From a candidate division FCPU426 bacterium (GTDB taxonomy: Bacteria; Oederibacteriota; Muellerivitia; Muellerivitales; Muellerivitaceae): DNA of 64,000 nucleotides. Made by a program: the position numbers and the translations under genes. The stretch spans positions 1-64,000 of the forward strand of contig CAVTWJ010000022.1 in the NCBI GenBank assembly GCA_963738405.1, given 5' to 3'. Under the pieces are notes generated by a model. The model saw only the letters and a list, made by a program, of their open reading frames with translations. It made no database searches and was not told where the DNA came from. Positions 41,181-49,080 of the stretch are shown here, piece by piece. Numbering within the stretch: position 1 is the stretch's first letter; each line of letters starts with the position of its first letter.

Positions 41181-41516
41181 CATCATCCCGGGCTGAAACT
41201 AACACGGTTGGGCTTGATCTAAAAAATCCTTGGGCCATGGCCTTCAAATCCAAGGTGATCCCCGTGAATGATGGTTCATCATATAATTTAATGAACAAAT
41301 GCGTCGCTTTCTGTTGCAGGGTGCTAGCGTAGCCGTGCTGATTTTGCACCAAAATTGCTTTATACCCTGTCTAACAGCCACGGGTTTGGAGCGAATCGAA
41401 CTGAACCCCCTTGTTTTCCAAGGGGTGATTCGCGGCCTAGATACAAAAAATTCGTTCTTCGGAATTTTTTTCACATTCTGTTAAAAAGGGGTATCTCAAG
41501 GGGATATACTTCTTCA

Positions 41517-43091
41517 ATGCCTAGAACTGCCATCATCATCGGCGCCGGTCCCGCGGGACTCACGGCCGCCTATGAACTCCTCACACGTACCGACATCAAG
41601 CCCATTATTCTTGAAAAAAGCCCCTATATTGGCGGTTTAGCCCGCACCATGAACCACAAGGGCAACCGCATGGATATCGGGCCCCATCGTTTCTTTTCCA
41701 AATCCGACCGGGTGATGGACCGCTGGGCTGAGATGCTTCCCCTGCAATCGAGCGGTGATGGCGGAACCGCCACGGTGGCTTATCACCAACAGACACGGGA
41801 AGTAAAAGCCGGGGCCCAGGCCGCCGACCCCGAAAAGACCGACAAGGTGCTTTTAATCCGCCCCCGCAAGACCCGTATTTATTTTTTGAGAAAACTTTTC
41901 GATTACCCCATTCAAATGACCAAGAATACCCTTTTGAAACTGGGCCTCATGCGGGTGTTTCGAATCGGCGTGAGTTACCTTCGAAGCCTCATCTTTCCCA
42001 TACGAAACGAAAAGAATCTGGAACAGTTTTTCATCAACCGTTTCGGGCGGGAGCTTTATTTGACTTTCTTCAAGTCCTACACCGAAAAGGTCTGGGGGGT
42101 TCCCTGCCATGACATCGACGCCTCCTGGGGCGCCCAGCGCATCAAGGGCCTTTCGATCATCAAGACACTCCAGCATTTCTTCTCCAAGTTCAAACAGACC
42201 CCTGGGGATCTGAGCCAGAAGGGGACGGAAACCTCGCTGGTGGAACAGTTTCTCTACCCCAAGCTGGGGGCAGGCCAAATGTGGGACGAGGTAGCCTCCA
42301 AGGTCACCGCCTTGGGGGGTGAAATCCGAACCCAATGGGAAGTGGCGGGTCTTATACCCGAGGAAGCAGGCATCAAGAGCCTAACTGCCCGAGATGGCCA
42401 AACCGGTAAAGTTCAAACCTTCGAAGGTGACTATTTCTTTTCCACCATGCCTATCCAAGAACTGATCGCCAAACTGGACGGCCCCGTCCCCGATAACGTC
42501 AAAGAAGTAAGCCAGGGCCTCCAATACCGGGACATGATCATGGTTTCCCTACTCTTGAAACATTTCCGCCTGCATGACGACCAAGGCATCAAGGGCCTGG
42601 TGGAAGACAATTGGATCTATATCCAGGAACACGACGTGATGATGGGCCGTCTTCAGATCGCCAACAATATGAGCCCCTATATGGTGAAGGACAAGGAAAC
42701 GGTGTGGGTAGGCCTGGAATATTACTGTTACAAAACCGATCCCCTCTGGCAAAAGACAGATGAGGAAACCGCCAAGCTGGGAATCCGGGAGATGGTGAAG
42801 CTGGGATTAATCGAGGAAGGCGACGTTTTGGAACACATGGTGGTTCGGGTGGAAAAAACCTACCCCGCCTATTTCGGATCCTACCACCGTTTCCAGGAAA
42901 TCATCGACTATCTGGAAACCTTCCCGAACCTCTTCCCTATCGGCCGCAACGGCATGCATAAGTACAACAACCAGGACCATTCCATGCTTACTGCCATGGT
43001 GGCGGTGGATAATATCGTTGCGGGTTTGAAGGAAAAAACTAATTTATGGGCGGTCAACACCGAAGAGACCTACCACGAGTCGAAGGAATAA
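41517..43091 (+). CDS. NAD(P)/FAD-dependent oxidoreductase (UDP-galactopyranose mutase/protoporphyrinogen oxidase-like)
   Basis: [50 protein letters not shown] 41517 lies 6 nt after TATACT. Confidence 0.88.
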   Translation: MPRTAIIIGAGPAGLTAAYELLTRTDIKPIILEKSPYIGGLARTMNHKGNRMDIGPHRFFSKSDRVMDRWAEMLPLQSSGDGGTATVAYHQQTREVKAGAQAADPEKTDKVLLIRPRKTRIYFLRKLFDYPIQMTKNTLLKLGLMRVFRIGVSYLRSLIFPIRNEKNLEQFFINRFGRELYLTFFKSYTEKVWGVPCHDIDASWGAQRIKGLSIIKTLQHFFSKFKQTPGDLSQKGTETSLVEQFLYPKLGAGQMWDEVASKVTALGGEIRTQWEVAGLIPEEAGIKSLTARDGQTGKVQTFEGDYFFSTMPIQELIAKLDGPVPDNVKEVSQGLQYRDMIMVSLLLKHFRLHDDQGIKGLVEDNWIYIQEHDVMMGRLQIANNMSPYMVKDKETVWVGLEYYCYKTDPLWQKTDEETAKLGIREMVKLGLIEEGDVLEHMVVRVEKTYPAYFGSYHRFQEIIDYLETFPNLFPIGRNGMHKYNNQDHSMLTAMVAVDNIVAGLKEKTNLWAVNTEETYHESKE

Positions 43092-43745
43092 GTACCCCTT
43101 CCACCACCAAGACTCCAAGACACCAAGAACGACAAAGCAAAGATTGGGGTTTAAAACAATAAAACCGAAGGAATAAACACCCAGTCCACCACAAAGACTC
43201 AAAGACGCTAAGAACACCTCAAAAAAGTTTGGGATAAACAGCCCGCCGAAGAAAAGCCCTCAAAGAAAAACCACGAGTCGAAGGAATAAAAGGATTCACC
43301 GCGAAGAAACACTGCCGGTTCCTCTATGGAACCGGCACAACCAAACCACAGCCCTCAGCTTGTGGCTTCGGGCCAGGTGCAAGACACCAAAAAAAGCCAA
43401 ACAAATATTGGGGTTTAAAGCAAAAAAACCGAAGGAATAAACACCCCATCCACCACTCCCCGAAGGGGATATTTTGATCCCCGTCTTTTTAGGGGAGAAG
43501 ACTCAAATCCCCAGGGGGATCCCGCGATACCAAGTTAAATACGAATGAGGCGGGAGACACTAAGAACACCTTTTGGGGGTAAAACAAAAATCAACACTAA
43601 AGATTCACCGCCCCTTCGACTGACTCAGTGCCATGAGTTTATCGAATGGCAAGACACGAAGAACTACATTAGAAAAGATTTGAAAAACGATATAAATCCG
43701 AATCTCTTTTAGCTTTTCTTGGCGGCTTAGTGTCTTGGTGGTGAA
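43071..43745. repeat. Array of degenerate short repeats with nested hairpin elements
   Basis: CGAAGGAATAA x4; (T/C)CACC(A/G)C...AGAC(A/G)C(C/T/G)AA x5 plus one inverted copy; TTGGGGTTTAAA; internal hairpins. Confidence 0.8.
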
Positions 43746-43776
43746 AATTGCCTTAGCTTTGGGGTTTAGGCGAAGC

Positions 43777-44103
43777 CTATTTGTGACGACGGGCGAAAGC
43801 GGAAAACTGATAAAAATACTTCCTGAGGTCGGGGGAGGGGGGGGCACCCTCCAGGAGGCGGCAGGCTTCCTCCCTTAATCGGGCTATTTCCTTGAGGCGG
43901 TGTTTCCACCTCGGGTCCGCGAGGGTCAAGTCCAAAAGCTCCAACATCCGGTCAAAGGCCTTTTGCGATTGTTCCGGATTTTTTTTATTTTTCCAGTTCA
44001 AGGCCCGTTCATACTCGCTTCCCACATTGCCCAACTGCTCCGGAAGGGTGAGGGTGGACCAACGGCCCGAGGATAAGCCGGGATGGGAGGTTTCGGGGGT
44101 CAT
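43777..44103 (-). CDS. Conserved hypothetical helical protein, coupled to the DUF5674 gene
   Basis: RW..L.L.EQLGNVGSE.ERA...LELLDLT.ADPRW..RLKEI.R.RE; ATGA overlap with the upstream gene. Confidence 0.7.
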   Translation of the reverse strand: MTPETSHPGLSSGRWSTLTLPEQLGNVGSEYERALNWKNKKNPEQSQKAFDRMLELLDLTLADPRWKHRLKEIARLREEACRLLEGAPPSPDLRKYFYQFSAFARRHK

Positions 44104-44447
44104 GGCACCAGTTTCCGGATGATCGATTCAATTTTGAGGCGGATCGCGTGGTCTTCCACTCCGCGGGACCGGTTGTTTTGGCTGGGCCGGATATTGATCA
44201 TGGAATCGAACTCAAGGAAATCAGTCCCTCCCAACTCCGGATAAAGATTGATGCCCCAGAGATTCCGCTGTTGAGAGCCGTTTTCCAATAAAAAGGCCTC
44301 TTCGTCGGCGTGCAATTCCCCGCCCAGGGCCATGATTTCTTTTTCAACATCCACCACGCCTTTGACCATATCGCCAAAACGCTTTTCGGCGATTTCTTTC
44401 AAGCGTTGGATTGTGATAGGGGCGGTGATCAGTTCAATGGGGTCCAT
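44100..44447 (-). CDS. DUF5674 family protein
   Basis: MVKGVVDV, GGELHAD.E..LL..GS.Q.NLWGINLYP, FDSMINIRP.Q.NRSR. Confidence 0.75.
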   Translation of the reverse strand: MDPIELITAPITIQRLKEIAEKRFGDMVKGVVDVEKEIMALGGELHADEEAFLLENGSQQRNLWGINLYPELGGTDFLEFDSMINIRPSQNNRSRGVEDHAIRLKIESIIRKLVP

Positions 44448-44583
44448 GAGTTCCGAATTATAACATCCTTTTCTAATAAATCAGATCGAGGATCCCATCC
44501 TTTTTCTTGTCCGATGCGGGTCCCCTTCGTGGATAAGAAAAAATGAATCAAATCCCGTTTTCGAGTTTCCAGCACCAAACAGT

Positions 44584-45198
44584 TTAGCGATTCGGGAATT
44601 TCCCTTGGATGGTCTTGATCGCCAGAAATAGCGTTTGGGGTTTGTTTGACAAGGGATGGAAACCGTATTTTTGATAAAACCGGACAGCCTGGTCATCCTT
44701 GGCGTCCACGACAACTCCGTAAATTCCAACTTCGTTTGATAAACGCTCAGCTCTCTGTAGGGCATCCACCAAGAGCGCGACACCGATTCCCCGGCCTTGG
44801 TGCCGCTTGTCCACCGCCAATCTCCCGACCCTAACGGCGGGAGCGGGATAACGGGGGAGGCCTTTTGAATGGGGGTGCGGCAACATTTGAGAGTCGATTT
44901 CTGAAGACACGGCGGTGTAAAAGCCCAAAACCTTCCCAGCCGCCCGTACCGAGGCCCCAAACCGGCCTGTCCCCGAAAGGGGAGGCACCCGCTTGGGTTG
45001 TGCCGGTTCCATGGGGGAACCGGCGTCACTCTTCATCTGCGCAACAAATGTTTTGCCGATGTTTCGTTCATGGTTTTGCCGGGCGTATTTCCGCAAATAT
45101 TCATTGAGCTCGAATACCCCGCAATCAAAGGAATCCAAATCCAAATGGCGGGTAATGGCATGAATCTCAAATGCTAAAGGATTCCCCGCGGGGTTCAA
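44584..45198 (-). CDS. GNAT toxin of a TacAT/AtaRT-type type II TA system, with ~30-aa in-frame insertion
   Basis: FDCG..ELNEYL, GFYT, PRYP.PAV.VGRLAVD..HQG.GIG, VVDAKDDQA..FY.KYGF. Confidence 0.9.
   Translation of the reverse strand: MNPAGNPLAFEIHAITRHLDLDSFDCGVFELNEYLRKYARQNHERNIGKTFVAQMKSDAGSPMEPAQPKRVPPLSGTGRFGASVRAAGKVLGFYTAVSSEIDSQMLPHPHSKGLPRYPAPAVRVGRLAVDKRHQGRGIGVALLVDALQRAERLSNEVGIYGVVVDAKDDQAVRFYQKYGFHPLSNKPQTLFLAIKTIQGKFPNR
44996..45024 (-). repeat. GCCGGTTCC-N5-GGAACCGGC-ACAACC palindromic element inside the toxin CDS
   Basis: 27/29 identical to 43314-43342. Confidence 0.8.
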
Positions 45199-45470
45199 GG
45201 GCGGCTATATTTCTTGATTGCCGCTGACAAAGCCTTATTGGGACGGGGCGGATTTTCCAGGACTTTCATAAATGAATTCCACTCACTTTCGGAAAGGGTG
45301 ATGCGGCTTTGGGTCGTAAGCCCCTCCTGGGCGGCCTTCAAGGAATTTGAAAGCATGAAAGCACTGAGGCTAAGGCCAAAAATCGAGGCGGCCTTTTCAA
45401 GCATGGCCTTGTCTTTCGGGCGGATTCGAATTTCGATTCGTTGTTCCCTAGATTGTGTCGCCGTTGGCAT
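45195..45470 (-). CDS. DUF1778 (RHH) antitoxin
   Basis: RIEIRI...K..LEKAA...GLSLSAFM...LS..EW..F...LENPP.PN.AL; overlaps the toxin start. Confidence 0.9.
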   Translation of the reverse strand: MPTATQSREQRIEIRIRPKDKAMLEKAASIFGLSLSAFMLSNSLKAAQEGLTTQSRITLSESEWNSFMKVLENPPRPNKALSAAIKKYSRP

Positions 45471-45596
45471 AAAGCCCTCCTGATTCCTATAAAAGAAGCA
45501 TACCTCATCGTACGGATGATGTCCACACGCATGGTGATCCCATCCCCCGGCCAAGACTTCGCGGCCGTCTCTTCAGTCTAGGCCCTAAGGTTTAAG

Positions 45597-46823
45597 GTGC
45601 TTAGGGTTTGGCCTGCCTGTAAAATCAGTATCCTATTCATACTTACAAATCACCACCGGGTGGAACCATTGAAAAAAATCCTCTTCGTCGAGAGCTATCC
45701 CCAGGTGATGTTCGGCCAACAACGGATACTTTTGTCCCTTTTAGGGTACTGTCCTAAAGCCGGAATAGAACCTGTTGTAGCAGTTACAGGGGATGGCCCT
45801 TTTGTGGACGAAGTGAAGAAGCGTTCTATTCCAGTGATTCCATTCCCCTACCCTGAACTCTTATCCTCCTACGGCGGCGCCATCTATAAGATAAAGGGCT
45901 TTCGGTTTTTGAAGATGTTTTCGCAATTATTGGGTTATGTGTTGAAAATTCGCTCCCAATTGAAACCCCTGGGGTTGGACGGAGTTTATTGCAATGATAT
46001 GCGCGGTTTATTAACGGCGGGTATCGCCGCCCGTTCCCTGGGTTTGCCCCTATTAATCTGGGACAAATTAGATAAACCCCACGGTTGGATGGACTGGTTC
46101 CAATTACCGCTGGTCCAAAAAAACCTCATCATTTCAAACGCAGTCACTCAAAAGTATCCCTCTTGGCAAAAAGCCATTATGAAAAACAAAATCGAACTGG
46201 TTTACGAAGGCGCCAATATAGAAATATTCGACCAAGCCAAATCCATTCGCCCACTTTTGGGTTATACGGATAAGGACATCGTATTGGCCATAGCGGGCTC
46301 GATCACTTTACGAAAAGGGCAAGACCGTATCCTATCCATTTGGCCGGAATTGGTCCAAAAGAACCCAAATCTTCATCTGGCAATCATCGGCTCAACTTCC
46401 GGGACAAAAGAGGATGAACGGTATATTGAGTCACTTCCCAACAAGAATGACGCGAAAATACAATTCTTAGGAATGCGCGAGGATATCCCGAATTTAATGC
46501 GATCGATTGATATATTGCTGGTGCCCTCCCGCCATGAGGGTTTTGGCCTCGTCATCGTCGAGGCGATGGCAGCTTCCCTTCCGGTTATCGGATCTAAAAC
46601 AGGGGGAATCCCCGAGGTGATCGTGGATGGGGAGACGGGGATATTGGTGGAAGGTGACGATTCGGGGGAATGGGCCTCCGCCATTGATCGGTTGGCTTGT
46701 TCGCGGGATTTACGAGAACACATGGGCAAGGCGGGCAAACAAAGGATCGAAAATAGATTCAACAGGCCCATTCAAATGGCAAAGGTTCTGCGGCACTGCG
46801 TGGAAATGATCCATGCCGAATAA
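45597..46823 (+). CDS. Glycosyltransferase family 4 (start may be TTG ~45669)
   Basis: KGQ, PSRHEGFGLVIVEAMA, GGIPE. Confidence 0.9.
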   Translation: MLRVWPACKISILFILTNHHRVEPLKKILFVESYPQVMFGQQRILLSLLGYCPKAGIEPVVAVTGDGPFVDEVKKRSIPVIPFPYPELLSSYGGAIYKIKGFRFLKMFSQLLGYVLKIRSQLKPLGLDGVYCNDMRGLLTAGIAARSLGLPLLIWDKLDKPHGWMDWFQLPLVQKNLIISNAVTQKYPSWQKAIMKNKIELVYEGANIEIFDQAKSIRPLLGYTDKDIVLAIAGSITLRKGQDRILSIWPELVQKNPNLHLAIIGSTSGTKEDERYIESLPNKNDAKIQFLGMREDIPNLMRSIDILLVPSRHEGFGLVIVEAMAASLPVIGSKTGGIPEVIVDGETGILVEGDDSGEWASAIDRLACSRDLREHMGKAGKQRIENRFNRPIQMAKVLRHCVEMIHAE

Positions 46824-47982
46824 AAAGAAGATAAAAATCGCCCATTTGCAATTGCTGCCACTTCTATCGGGCGTCCAGAGGGTCACCCTCGACGAGGTGA
46901 CCCATTTGAATCGATCCCTTTTTGACCTCTATGTCATCTGCAAGGAGGCGGGCCCCTTGACCCAAGCCCTTGAAAAGGCAGAAATTCCCTTTTTTTGCCT
47001 TCCCGAATTGGTTCGGGAAATATCGACTATTGAGGATTTTCAGGCCTTTTGGAAACTGGTTCGCCTTTTTCAAAAAGAAAAATTCGATATCCTTCATACC
47101 CACTCCTCCAAAACGGGAATTCTAGGCCGCATGGCGGGAAAGTTGGCCGGGGTTCCAGTAGTGATGCATACGGTTCATGGTTTCGCCTTTCCCGAGGCTA
47201 AGAACATTTTCCTAAAAGCGTTCTATTTCCTCATGGAATGGGTGGGTGCCCGCGTCACAGATAGGCTTATTCTTCTAAACCAGCACGATTATGAGATTGC
47301 CAAGAAATATCTAGGCCTTCCCGAAAGCAAATTGCGTTTGATCCCCAACGGTATCGACACCCTGCGTTATTCCCCGGCTTCCCGTGAAATAAGGAAGCGT
47401 ATTCGGCGAAAATACTTTGGAATCGGCGATAAGGAAATTGCCATTGGCATGGTGGGCCGGCTTTGGCCTCAAAAAAATCCGGAATGTTTTGTTAAAACCG
47501 CCATCCAACTTCTTCAAACCGGAAATAAAACATCGCGTTTCTTCCTTATTGGGGATGGTGAGGAAAGACAAAACCTTGAAAATTTAATAAAAAATAGTGG
47601 TTTTATGAAAGAAATCCAGATTTTGGGGTGGAAAAATAATATTAATGACTTGTTAAGAGGGTTGGATATCTTTGTGCTTCCATCCCGTTGGGAAGGAATG
47701 TCCCTGGCTGTTCTAGAGGCAATGGCAACGTCTGTTCCTGTTTTGGTCTCCGATATTCCAGGAAACCAGGATTTTGTGGAGGAAGACGTCACCGGATATC
47801 TTTTCAACATTAAAAAAGAGACCGTTTTCTTGAAAAAATTGAGCCTCCTTCTTGCCAAACCCTTCCTTAGGAAAAGAATGGGGAGGCAAGGCAGGGAAAA
47901 AATCAAAGAAGATCACTCACTGGCTTTGCGTCTGAATAAAATGGAGCCTCTCTACATAGAACTATTTAAGAACAAATCATGA
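46813..47982 (+). CDS. Glycosyltransferase family 4
   Basis: HTHSSKTG, HTVHG, IPNGID, PSRWEG...LEAMA. Confidence 0.9.
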   Translation: MPNKKKIKIAHLQLLPLLSGVQRVTLDEVTHLNRSLFDLYVICKEAGPLTQALEKAEIPFFCLPELVREISTIEDFQAFWKLVRLFQKEKFDILHTHSSKTGILGRMAGKLAGVPVVMHTVHGFAFPEAKNIFLKAFYFLMEWVGARVTDRLILLNQHDYEIAKKYLGLPESKLRLIPNGIDTLRYSPASREIRKRIRRKYFGIGDKEIAIGMVGRLWPQKNPECFVKTAIQLLQTGNKTSRFFLIGDGEERQNLENLIKNSGFMKEIQILGWKNNINDLLRGLDIFVLPSRWEGMSLAVLEAMATSVPVLVSDIPGNQDFVEEDVTGYLFNIKKETVFLKKLSLLLAKPFLRKRMGRQGREKIKEDHSLALRLNKMEPLYIELFKNKS

Positions 47983-48057
47983 TTTTCACTAACCATTTAT
48001 CGTCAATCCTTGCTGGCGGTTTTTCAAAATCTAAGTTCGTGAGTTTCGGAGGCGAAA

Positions 48058-48864
48058 TTGAGGAATCTTGTGATTTTCCTATTGTTAAGACTTCTCTCCC
48101 TTATCCCATTAAAATTTGTTTTTAAGATCACCCGTGGCCTGTTGGCGTCCAAAGGATTCGGTTCCGGCTCTTCACTATTTTTTAGTGGTGAAAATATTGG
48201 CCTCCGCGTCATTTTAGGGAATTGCAAAGATTCCCCGGTGGTTTTCGATGTCGGCGCCTATGTCGGCGAATATACCGAAGCGGTGTTTGAAACTCGAATG
48301 GATTGCAAAGCATTCATATTCGAGCCAGCGCGAAAAACCTTTGACCAATTGAAAAATAAATTAGCCGTTGGAAAATACGCCAACTGTCATTACAAAATTT
48401 TTAATTTCGCCCTGGGCCAACAAAAGGGAGTCGCTACCCTTCATTCCGACAGGGATTTATCGCCATTATCTTCTTTTTCAAAACGGCGTCTGGATCACTT
48501 TAAAATTGAAATGAAACTTCGGGAAAAGGTTCCAGTGAAGACTGTGGACATCGTCTTTTCGGAACAGAAACTCAAAAAAATCGATCTTCTCAAAATAGAT
48601 GTAGAAGGCCATGAGTTGGAGGTATTAAAGGGCGCGGCTAAATGTTTTCAAAAAGGGAAAATCAGAGCTGTTCAATTCGAGTTCGGCGGAAGCGCCATTG
48701 ATACCCGCACCTATTTCCAAGACTATTACTATTTTTTCAAAAAATTGGGATTCGATATTTTTGTCCTAGGCCCCGGCGGCTTGACTCCCATCAATCATTA
48801 TTCATTGGCCTATGAATACTTTTTCACTTCAAACTATTTAGCCATAAGCTCACGTCCAAGTTGA
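48058..48864 (+). CDS. FkbM family methyltransferase
   Basis: FDVGAYVG, FEP, LLKIDVEGHELEVLKGA, QFEFG. Confidence 0.9.
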   Translation: MRNLVIFLLLRLLSLIPLKFVFKITRGLLASKGFGSGSSLFFSGENIGLRVILGNCKDSPVVFDVGAYVGEYTEAVFETRMDCKAFIFEPARKTFDQLKNKLAVGKYANCHYKIFNFALGQQKGVATLHSDRDLSPLSSFSKRRLDHFKIEMKLREKVPVKTVDIVFSEQKLKKIDLLKIDVEGHELEVLKGAAKCFQKGKIRAVQFEFGGSAIDTRTYFQDYYYFFKKLGFDIFVLGPGGLTPINHYSLAYEYFFTSNYLAISSRPS

Positions 48865-49080
48865 TAAAACCTCCGGGAAATTTGTCTTTCCTAAAGATCA
48901 ATAAATATATTATGCACAAAGACTGTCCGTTTTAGCCTTTAACCTCCAGTTACCACTTTGTTAAATTTCATTTCCAACCTCCTAGTCGATTGCCAAAATT
49001 CCAATTTTAAATAAATTATTATTGGCGCCAAATTGAGCGTCTTTTTGCGAATCTATCAAGTTGAACTTATGGAGGTTCTT

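Noticed and set aside
41181..41516. Short ORFs and the upstream extension of the oxidoreductase ORF to 41355
   Set aside because: No motifs; family homology begins at [11 protein letters not shown] (41517), directly after a -10 box.
43071..43745. CRISPR array
   Set aside because: Repeats are degenerate, spacing is irregular, the intervening sequences are themselves repeats, and no cas genes are present.
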